Shown piece after piece: positions 24,001 to 35,900 of a DNA stretch of 64,000 bases. Below the pieces are notes generated by a model that was not told where the DNA came from, did not search any database, and saw only the letters and a list, made by a program, of their open reading frames with translations. Positions within the stretch are counted from its first letter, which is position 1, and every line of letters starts with the position of its first letter. Source of the DNA: Geosiphon pyriformis uo1 (Eukaryota > Fungi > Glomeromycota); NCBI GenBank assembly GCA_016748015.1, contig JAAOMT010000566.1, positions 62,001-126,000 on the forward strand, given 5' to 3'. The position numbers and the translations under genes are program-made.

Positions 24001-27000
24001 TTTTGTGAGTGATTTTGGTTTTAGATAAGAATATTTTTATTTAAATATCAAAAATCATATTTTGCATCAATTTTATGAGCTTTTTTTGGTTTGATTCCTT
24101 GTTTATTGTTGTCAAAGTATTTAAATAATAGAGCAGATTGGTTTTTGGTAAGATAAATTAGAGTTGTTAAAACTTTTTCTTCAATTTCTCCAAATTCGAT
24201 TTCTTTTTGATCATTTTTAATGAATAATAATATATTAAAAACATAGCATTTAAGACATTATATATTATTACAAAGCATAATATATACTTTTTAAAGTTAA
24301 ATATTTATGTATTTTAATCATTATATTTAAGTTTTTTTGGAGAGATATGTATGATTAAAGGTCAGATAGTAAAGTTTTACTTTGTTTTCATAGTTAAATC
24401 TGGCTAATTCTATAGTGTATTTAATATATTCTACTTCTTTTATTTGATAAATGTTTTTTTGAGATCTTTTATTAATTATAATTATTGCAAATTTATAAAT
24501 TATTTCAATATTATGTAAATAATAATACAATTTGTTAAGAATATTATTGTATACTGCAGTAAAATATGTTCCATGTTTTATTTTTTTGAAAATAAAAAAA
24601 CATATTGATAAGTTTGATTGCAGACTTTTTTTCTTATTACAACATCAATTTAATTGTATTTTTAAACAATAATTCTTTATATATAAGAAAGAGTATATTG
24701 TTTTATTTTTTACTTTATTTTAGGTTGTCAAATTATTTTCTGTGGCAAACTTTATAATAATAATATGTTCATGTTTTATATTTTTTTAGGTAATATATAA
24801 ACTCTTATAAATAAAAGCTTTTTATTACAATTTTTATATTTAAATAGAATATAAGCCAATTGTTTTTTTGGTTTTAATTTTAAGTATAAAATCTACTAAA
24901 TATTAATTTATTTATTTGTTAATGTTAATATAGCTTATTAACTAAATTTTTTAGACTATAATAATATTAATTGTGGTTTTAAAGTTCGGAAAAATTGTTT
25001 TGTTTTTTTAGCTCAATTAGACCAAAAGTTAAGTACTATATAGATTTTAGTTATTAATTTTTTTTTCTTTGAATTTAAAAACTAGTGTTTTTTTTAATTG
25101 TTTGTTAAAAATATTACAAGTAGCAAATATTTAAATATATTGTCTTTGATAAAAAAAATTTAGCTTTTGGGTTTTTTAATTTAAATTGATATTAGTTTTA
25201 AAAGACCAATTATTTTTGACAAAAACTTAGTATTAGAATACATTTATAAAAAACTTTAATTAAAATAGTAATTTTATTAATAATGAAAAAAAAGTTGTCA
25301 ATTTTTTTTATGTATGTCTTTTTTATATTATTAACAGTTATAATAATTATTTGAACAAATCTGTTAATATTTTGCTTAAGTTGTTATATTAACTGATAAA
25401 TAATAATACTTTTAATAGATTTATTATTTAAAATTAATTGAATAGATTTTTCTTTAACTTTAGTCTTAGTATATATTATTATAATTGCTTTTTGTTCAAA
25501 AATTGATGTATTGTTAAATAAAAAAGATGATTTATTTGTTTTAAATTTAAATAAAAATATGTTTAAAATATTGGTGTTTTTAGCAATTTTTACTAATAAA
25601 ATTGTAGTATTGTTATAAAAAAATTTTGCTATTGTATTATAATTCTATCTTTTAAAAGTATAATATAGTAAAAATTTGCTATTGTAAAATAACTAAGTTG
25701 TATGTAAAAATATCTGAGTGGTTGTTAATTATTATTGTAAAGTTCTAATTAATTATTAAAACCAAATTTGTTATTGGTTAATTAAAAACAGTTTTGTAAT
25801 ATAAATTGGTTAGGTAAACCAATTTTTTTGTTGATAATTAATAACTTTAAACTAAAAGTAGTTAATAGTATTATTATAATTGTTGTAAAACAAACTGATA
25901 ATAAATAGATTAAAATTTTAATAAATAGTAAATAGATGATTATAGATTGTAAAATTGTTTTTTTTAATCTTTTTGTATTTTTCTGCAATTGTGTTTTCAA
26001 TGTTCAAAAATTCTATAATAATAATAATTTAATAATTGTGTTTGGTTGTTATTAGATAATAATAAAATTTTTTGGTTTTTTTTTGATGGTAGTTAATATT
26101 TTTGTTGTTAATTGGCAAAGTATGTTTTAACTTTCTTAATAAGTTAATTGATTTTTTTTTTGCTGCTAAACTGGTTTTTTTAATCGCAAAGTTGACAAGT
26201 TTGGTGTAATTTGCTTTTTTTATAGCCATTTTATAGTACTTAACATGTTAAATAACAGTAATTAAATTTGTTAAAGCATATAAGTAAACTTTTTTGATTA
26301 ATTTATTTTTTAGATTAGTAATCTTTTAATCCAAAATTTGAGTATTATAATAATAAGCATTTGTTTTTAATTGATAAATTTTTTGAAAAAATTTGTTGAA
26401 CTTTTTAATATAAGTTATAATAGATTCAAATAGTTTTTATTTAATATTTTAAAAGCAGTTTTGAAATGTAATTGAAGTATTGTTATTTGTAAACTATTTG
26501 TAAAAAGCATTTTTAAAAACTAATTAATTTGCAAAAAAAGTGGCCAAATTTTCGAATTATTTACCTACAGTTTTTATAAGAAAATAAGAAATTGTTCTTA
26601 AAATTCTTATTGTATTTTATCTATTTACATTTTCTGCTTTAGTAACTTAATCAAATCACTTTTGGAGACTGGTTTCAGTGTTTTTTTCAGAAAAATCAGA
26701 TATTTTTACAATATAAGTAATCATTTTTTTGTTTTTTTTGTTTTTTTTAATTGATTTAAAAACGTTTTTTTTATGAGCTAATGTTTTTAAATATTTATTT
26801 TGGTTTTTGGCTAAATAATTAAGAAAATTAATACTAGTATAAATTAATTTTAGCTGTTAAATAAGACTTTTGGTAATGTTTTTAAGTCTTAAAAATTGAT
26901 TAAGTGGTGAATTTAGTCTTTGTACTTGAGCAAGTAAAGCTAAAAAAAATGTAATTAAAAGTGGTAATTTAGTATTGGTTCCTTGTTTAGGTGTTTACAA

Positions 27001-30000
27001 ATGTTAAAAATTTGTTTTTGGTATATTGGGTGTTATATAAACTGGGTAGGTGTTTTTTTTTGCTTTGCTGCTTGTTTTTGGTTCTAATTCAAGTTTAAGA
27101 ACAAATTGTGAGTTAGCAGAATATTTTTTTCACAAAACTTAATAATATTGTATTCAAGTTTTTCGAAATAAATAGTATAAGTATTAGCATTAATATTTTT
27201 TAAATTTTTGTTCGAATAGTAAATTAAGTTTTTAAAAAAGTTTTACTTGACTTCTATAATATTGTAATTTCCAAAAAAATAATTGTTGATTCGATTTTCA
27301 ATGTATTAAAAAAGTGTTTTCTTAAAAACTGTAATTTTGTCTCAGATTTCAAATTGTTGTTTGTAATAGTTACCACTTTGATTTAATTGTTGCTATGTTA
27401 TTTCTAAAAAGCATCAAATATTACTTGAGGTTTTTTTACACTTTTTTTTATATTGTTAATACTGTTATGTTGTTAATTTTGTTGTCAATAAAAGTTAATA
27501 AACTTTTGATAAGTTAATTCTTCTTCTAAAGTATTTTTTATACTTTGAACTATGTATGCTGTTGGGTTTATAATGAAATAGCCAATTTTATGCCAATTAC
27601 TTATATAGTTACTTTGCAGTAAAAGTTAATTTTTTTATAGGAAAATCTTATCTGTAAGTTTTTTAAAAATATGTGTAATTATTTTGCTATAAAAGTTAAT
27701 TCTTCTACAAAAAATTTCGACTATAGACGACTTAATAATATAAAAAAAAAGAAAAAAAGAAAAGAATTTAAACTAAAAATTAAAAATTAAAAAATGTGTT
27801 AAGGAAGTCATTTCGAATTCAGGCCTAGAAGTTACTAATAATTACTAAAATTGATAGCTAATCAATTTTGAACAGAAATAATTAAGAATTTTTGTTCTTT
27901 AAAGTGAGTTTTATTGGAATTGATTTGTAAGAAAGATATTTAATAAAAAATTAATTCTGATTAAGATATATTTTTTTAAAGAAAAAAGCTCTTTTTTTAT
28001 ATAATTTATTATAGTACTATTTTATAATCTAACACTTTTTTCTTTTTTTAATATTTTGGTAAACTAAAGATATATTTTATCAAGCTACAAATTATTTCTG
28101 CAAACTATAAATTATTTTGGTAAACTGTTAAATATTTCATCGAATTATTAAATATTTCAGCAAATTTTGAATGTTATATAGTTTAGCATATTACATAATC
28201 TGATTATTACAATTTTATTACATTTGTGTTTTATACAAATTGAATTATTAATTAAATAATAATTTGAATAATTTAATAAGATAATAAATAATAAATTAAA
28301 ATAATAATAGATGCTAATTAATAATAAAAGTTATAAAGATAATTTTTGCTAAATAATATTTTAAATTTCGGCTGGTAATACCAGCCAAAAAAAATTATAG
28401 CACTTTAAAACTAAAATATTTAGTTATTTATTGGACTGTAATAAAATAAAAAAAATACTTAAGTCAAAAATTTGACATATATATAGACTACAAAAAATTA
28501 ATATTGATTCAAAAGCAAAAATTTGAAGATAATTGTCATATAAAATAGAAAATAGATTATTATTATTTAATTATACAGTATATTATAAAAAATGAAAAAA
28601 AATGAAAATACTAATGATTTATTCAAAATAAAATAAATCTAAGAACATTTTAATACTAAAAATAAGTCAAATTATAAATATATCAATATATCAATAACTT
28701 TAATATTATATTAATACTCAATAGTTTCAAAAAAATTATTTTAAAATAAACAAAACAATATAAAACAACAATCAAAATATTTTATTATTTATCAAAATAT
28801 ACTATATTAAAAAATAAAAAAAAGCCAAATCAATTACTTAAAGTAGTTATAGAACCAAAAAAAAACAATATTATATAATATGCATTCAGAACCAACAGCA
28901 GAATATTTTCATAAAGAAACTACAATTGAAAAAACCAGAAAATAACATTACTATTCATTAATATATTTAGACATTATTTAATATATTTAAAATTATAATG
29001 CTTGTTAAAAAAAAGAAAAACAAGACCCAATAAATTATTAAGACCAATAAAAGTAAGATAACTATTTAATTAGATTATAATTAACTTGGTAGAATTACTA
29101 ATAATTATTAATAAAGACAATAGATATATAGTAGTAATAATAAATTATTTTACTAAATAGCCAGAAGCTAAAACTATCCAAAAAGCCAATACAAAAACAA
29201 TAACAAAATTTGTGTACTAAAAACTAATTTTTTATTATAAATGTCCAAAAAAATTATTATTAAATTAAAAAACTTATTTTGTAAACAAAACATTAACAAA
29301 ATTAAGTCAAAAATTTGAAATAAAAAGATTATTATTATTACTGTATTATCTATAAAAAAAAATTGAATTAAAAAGTTCAATAGAATATTGTATAAAATAA
29401 TTGTTAAAATTAGCCAAAAAAATTAAAAAAAATAAGACTTGTTTATATTATTAATATTATTTGTTTATTAAACAACAAAACAAAATATAATTTAAACAAT
29501 ATTATTTAAATTGGTTTATAGTAAAATAATAATACTATTAATTAAGATAGATATTTAAATATATCTAATTAAACCAATAGCAAAAGCTATTTTTTAAGCA
29601 ATATTATTACAAAAAATATATAATTTAATAAAAACACTAGAAAATAAATAAAGAAAAGCAGCTAATAATATTTAAAAGTTACAAAAAAAACAAAAAAACA
29701 ATATAACAACTAGCTATTAAATAAACCAATTGAATTTAAAATTGGAAACAAAGTGTTTTTATATTATATTAAGACAAAAAAACAATAGAATAGAAAATTT
29801 AATCTCAAATAAGATAGTCTATTTTACATTAAAAAAATTTTAGGAAATAATATCTATAAATTAAAATAGAACAATAAAATTTTAGCCAAAACAACATATA
29901 ATAATTAACTTAAACCATATTATAATAGAATATTATTAGTTATTAATAACATTCTACAATTGGAAGTATAAAAAATATTAATTAAACCAGATAAAATTTC

Positions 30001-31600
30001 ACAAAATTTAAAACTAATAATAATTATTAAAGCAAATACATAAATCAAATTAGCCAAAAATATAAAAACCCAATATATATGACAAAAAAAAAGCAAAAAA
30101 ATAGAAATTATTAATAATATTTATTTTATTATTTAACAATTATTTTAACTTATAAAATATTAAGAATTAAACATAAAAATTATAATTAATAAACAAACTA
30201 TTTAATATAAAAACACAAAAAAGAAACAAGAGCTCTAAAATAATTAAAAATACCAAGTATATTTATTATTTAAAAATATAATAGATAAAATAATAATAAA
30301 AGTAAAAACAGTATTAAAAAATTCAATTAAGATTACAGTATATTAAAAGATAATCAAAAAAAATTGAAATTAATAAGTACAATAATTTTCCAAAAACTTT
30401 TGCTATTATTACTTAGAAAAACACATATTTAGAACTTGTATATAAATAAAACTAAGCAAATATTCAATTCAATTATATTATAACAAATAGAACAATTTAT
30501 GAAAAAAGACAGCTTAATTATATATACAAAAGCAATTTATTAATTACAAACAGGATTTCAAGATTGTTTAAAAATATTGTTATATTCAATAATAGATACA
30601 ATAACAATTAATTAATAAAAAAAATTATTAATGCTTAGTTCAAAGAATTACAGATTAAAATTAACAATGTAATTTTAGAAAAAGAAGTAATAAAGTTAAT
30701 TTAAAAAAAAATTGGAAAATTTTAATAAAGCTTAATATTAAAAAAAAGATAATATTACTTATATAATAATAGAACCAATAAGATAAATAAATAGCCAATT
30801 AAAAATAAACATAATAAAAACAAATTTTGAATTCTTTTTAATTAAATCTTAAGATTTTAGAATTCTAATAATACTTTTAATAGAAATTGCAGAATTTCAA
30901 AAATATTTATAGAAAAAATTCAAAAATTTCAAAAAATTTTATATAATAAAGATTATGTATATATAACAGTAAAAATAAAAATAAAAAAGACAAACCAGAA
31001 TTTAAAACAAAAATTCAAGAATTAGTTTTCTTTTTTTCTCTTTTACTTTTAAAATTAGTTTGCTATTACTTAAAATAAAATTATTTATTTATTAATAAAA
31101 TTATTAATTACTATTCAATTTATATTGTTATTATTATTTAATTAAATTATTTACTTTTTTAACCACATTAATAATTCATGTTAATAATAACTAATATTTA
31201 ACTATATTAAAACAATAGTTTTTAATTATAACTATTAACAAGATATTAATTTCTTAATTTTTTTATTCTTTTTATTCATTTTTTTTATTTGTGTATTTAA
31301 TAATTGATTAAGAAAAAGCATTAAAATTACAATATTAAAAATTATTTAATAAAAAATACCAAGATAAAATATAAATTAAATAATAAAAATTACTTACTAA
31401 AAAAATATGTTCACCAAATTAAATTAGTTATTATGTTAAAGAGTTAGATATTAAGTATTGTCAATTATTTGTTATTAAATCTTTCTTCCTAAAAAGTATT
31501 GTTAACTTATAATATTAAAACTTAAAAACAAAATTCATAAGCTTTAACCAATTCAAAGATATACTTTTAAAGTATTTTAGTAATTTAAACACTATAATTT
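18062..31600 (+). mobile_element. Gypsy A: 5'-truncated, heavily decayed Ty3/Gypsy (RT-RNase H 18062-19251, interrupted; RNase H-integrase from 28381; probable 3' LTR about 30753-31600)
   Basis: Collinear by eye with Gypsy B pol (18085 vs 38588; 28381 vs about 39758). 30850-31450 resembles 32960-33570. Ends approximate. Confidence 0.75.
19252..28380 (-). mobile_element. Gypsy D: full-length decayed Ty3/Gypsy nested in the RNase H of Gypsy A; LTRs 19252-20094 and 27419-28380
   Basis: Two direct repeats with TATTAC...(G/A)TAATA ends (decayed TGTTAC...GTAACA). PBS-like relic next to 27419. Gag relic MAIKKANYTKLVNFAI matches Gypsy C MTMEEANRTKLVNLAI. The host reading frame resumes at 28381. Confidence 0.8.
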
Positions 31601-31870
31601 AATTGTAAAATAAATTTTTTTATATTATTAAGCAAAGTATAAATAAAATTATTATTCAATATTTTGCTTAATTTAATTAAATTTACTGTTAGATTAAAGT
31701 AATTAAACAAGAATATTATATTAATTTTCATATTTTAAATCAATTTATTAGAGATTAAAAAGCAATATTTTAGAAAAAATATATTTTGCTGTTACTTAAA
31801 TAAAAAAAACCAATTCAAAACAATTAAAAAAAATGTAATTAATATATAATAACATAAAAAAGTGTGATAA

Positions 31871-31950
31871 TACAAAATAATACAGAATAATATGTAATAA
31901 TTCAAAATAATATAAGATAATACACAATAATATAAAATAGTACAAAATAA
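31871..31950. repeat. Degenerate 10-bp tandem repeat (TACAAAATAA-like, 8 units)
   Basis: Directly visible. Confidence 0.7.
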
Positions 31951-32955
31951 CTAATTATAACATAAATAATTTATTATAGCATAAAAGATCAAAACAATAA
32001 CAGAAATAATAAGTAATAACTAGTAATAACTAGTAATAACAAATAATAAAAAGCAATTTTGTAAAATTAGAAAATATATATAAAAATAAACAGTTTTAAC
32101 AAATAAAAAAAAACAAATAAAAAACAAGAACTTATTCTCTTAAAATTACATCTTATTTCTAACTTAATAAAATCTTTTATTTTAATTCTTTAATATTTTA
32201 TACTTATTATTAAATAAAATATTATTTAATTTACTTTTACATAATTTCAGAATTTGTATTATTAAAATTAAATTAATTATGTTTCTTATTCTTGTTTTAG
32301 ATCAGATATTTTTAGCATAAACAGCTTCAGAATTTTAATAATATAGGCTAATTACTTTTGATTATAGCTATTGACAATATTAATTTCTCTTTTTTTTTTT
32401 CTTATTTTTATTTTTTTTGAATTTTTTATTTTTTTCTGGTAAAGTAATAATGTTAAGAAAATTAATTGTTTGAGAATAAACTTTGTAATAGCTTGGTAAA
32501 AAAAAAGCTTTTCTTAGGTTTAAATATTAATTTTATCTTGTTAACTTATCAAAAAAACAAAAAAAACAATATTAAACTTTAGTAATTGTGTTCAATTAAT
32601 TTTAAAAAAATAGCTTATATATATGTAATTGCAAACAGTTAAACCATATTTCTGTGCTTTATAACTAAAAAACATTACAAATAAATTCATATATATTAAA
32701 AATCTTTAAAGACTAATCATATCAATCTGCTATTTATAGCAAACAAAAAAAATTCTCAAGCTTTCTTATTTAAATATAGAGCACTAAATATTATTATTAT
32801 ATCTTATTAAGTTTATTTGTAATACTGCCTACTTTAATTTTTTATTAGAAGTTATTACACTTAAAGCTCTTAAATTAATTAAAAAAAAGCTAATTATTGT
32901 TATTTATAGAATATAGAAAGTATATTAGCATATAAATTAGCCAACCAGAAGTAAC

Positions 32956-35900
32956 TGTAGTAAATATGGAATTCCAGAATTTCTCTCAGAGGAATTGCAG
33001 GATTCAAGGAATTTCAGAATTCTTGTACAAGGAATTGCAGAATTCCAGAATTCCAGGATTCCTCTCAAAGGAATTACAGAATTTCAGGAATTCTAGAATT
33101 TCTGGTGTGAAGAATTAAGGAATTGAGGAATTGCAATTATGTATATATAGTAGTAGTATTAGAAATAGAAAAAACAGATCTTTCAGTTTAGATTTGATCT
33201 TAACAACTTTCCATTCACAAATATCAATAAATAATTATTCACTATCTTAATCTACTCTTCACTATTAACATTTCATGTTAATAGTAATTAATACTTAACT
33301 ACTCTAAAACAATAGCTCTTGATTATGACTATTGATGGGATACTAATTTTTATCATCTTGGCTTATTTCTTTATTTTCTTTTATCTTTTTTTATTTTCTT
33401 TGTTATTTCTTTGTTTTACTAATTGATTAAAAGATTAAAGCACTAAGTTATTAATGTTATAAATAGTCTGGTAAAAGACCTCAAAGAAAGAATATATGAA
33501 TTGAAAATTTAAGGATAGCTTACCAGAAGGGCATCTTTGCCAAAATTACTGGCCACTATGCTGAGAAAAAAATTCAATAGAATTGCGATTCCAGGAGGCT
33601 ACTAAGAAGACAACAAATAAATCTCTGTCTATTATACAAAGAACTCAACCAAAACCTTCAGATAACAAAACCTGCAGATTACTAAAACCTTTGGAAACTA
33701 ACATCCTTACATTAATTAAGCACCAAGTTATAAATTTGTTATTTGCTTTGAGATTCTAAATAATCAACTATAACATTTGGTGCTTTTTGTGAAATATAAT
33801 CTTATGGAGAACCAGTACCAACAACAATCATTCAAAAATGGCAAAATCAGAAATCATAGGAGCAAACCATTTAAGATTCGCCAAATTCTTGTTTCAACAG
33901 TACAGCCAACAGTTAGGATTAAACAACAACCATTTTCCAGCAGAATTAGTCTTTAATTTTTACATCAATGATAAAATCACAGACTGCTTAGGAGGAACAG
34001 TTAATATTGAATCTGCAAAAAAAAATTTCTATGCAGAATTGTTTTAACATACCAGCTTACCAAGAAATTACAGTTTCACACCAATCATTAGGGAAATAAA
34101 TCAAACCATTGAAAAGTACACCCAACAACAATTCTCCATCACCTATGCAGACAAAGGCAAAGGAAGATTGCAAACACCAGTGGTAACACCCAAAAAGATA
34201 CAACCATCTACTTGGAAAAAAACCAGAGTTGAATCACCAACCAATTCATCATACCATTATATACCAGAAAGTGCCATCAATATTTCCTCAGCAGACATGT
34301 TTACATCAAACATGACATCAACCTTTGAATGATTCTAATTTCAAAGTAAACAAAAAAGAGCAGAGTTATTAGGATCATATGGCAAATATTTTGAAGAATT
34401 TAAATCACAATTACCAATGCCATCAGGATTTTGATTACCACCACCTCAACCAGATTTCGGAACTGTGAGTCTGTGGGAAGTAACTGAATTAGAGGAAGAA
34501 GAAAGTAAGAATCAGAAATTTACTTACCAAAACCTGATCTTAGAAAATCCGGAAGTTGAAACTCTGAACATTCAAACTCAGCAAACACAAAACAATCCAA
34601 ACTCCAAAATAATTAATCAGCAAAACTTACCTCCAGTAATCATTATTGATCAGCCACCAATTGAACCGATTATTAAATTGATTTAATAGCAGCCACTTCA
34701 GCAATCTATTCAACAATTGCTTCAACCACCTTAACAACAACAATTTCAACCACCATCACAACAACAACAACAAATGACATATACACCAATCACAAAACTC
34801 AAAAAATTCACTGGTAAAGAGGATGATGCCCAAGTGTGGCTAAACAATATGGAAAAAGCCATTGCAGCCAATGGATGGAATAACACTAGAGCCATGCAAG
34901 TTATTTCCTACTTTCTTCAGAATACTGCCAATTCATGGTATTAAAGCTTGGCCAATAAACCTCAAAATTTCAATGCATTTAAGCTTACATTTTTACAATA
35001 CTTTAGCAATAATAATAGTATCAACTGATTAGCCAATACATTTATTACTATCAAACAGAGAGACACAGAAGCAGTTACTACTTACCTAAGATGCTTCCAT
35101 AGAAATCTGTGCCAAATTCAGGCCATTCAAGCTGACTATTTTACAGTGCCACAAATTTTGAATCAATTTATTAGAGGTTTGCACAGTAGTATCCTCCAAC
35201 ACATATGTTTATTACACCCAGCAAACCTTCAAGCCACAATTACCAATGCCAGAGATTTTGAAGCTGCTGAATTAAAAGCCAATCATGCCCAAGCAGTAAA
35301 TCTAGTAATGAACAGATCATCTGACTTGGACTCCAAATTGAAGCAATTCAGTAAAACAATCAATCAGAAATTAGAGGAATATTTAGTTAACACCAATCAA
35401 GCCATTTATCAACCTCCATAACAATGCAACAATTAGGGAAATAGAAATTGCTTTTAAAATCAGTTATGTCTAGTATCATCCTTAATCAATCAACAATGAC
35501 AGCAGGAAACACGTGCATGTCACTATTGTGATAAACAAAAACATTTACAGTTTGAATACCATAAATGGCTAAGTGAACAACAATCAAGCCATCAGTATTA
35601 AAACTCTGATTGCCAAATCCAAACTCAGAATTACGTCAGTAATCAATCATAAGAGCCTTATCAACATCAATCATCTTATGTCCAAATGACTCTATCAATG
35701 TATCAAGCACCAATGATACAGCAATTATACTTACCTCCAATATATTAACTATCAACACTTATAATCTATCAATCACTGCAGTCTTAAATAATATATCAAC
35801 TCCAACAAATTTTAACACTACTATCAAACTCAGCCCAAATAACATCAGGAAACCCTAGATTAAGAGTTACCCAAAACTGGAGATCAGTGATAGTTGTCTA

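Noticed and set aside
19400-32900. Short Ile/Lys/Asn/Phe-rich ORFs suggesting organellar or endosymbiont DNA
   Set aside because: Collinear with Gypsy copies elsewhere in the window; the composition results from mutational decay.
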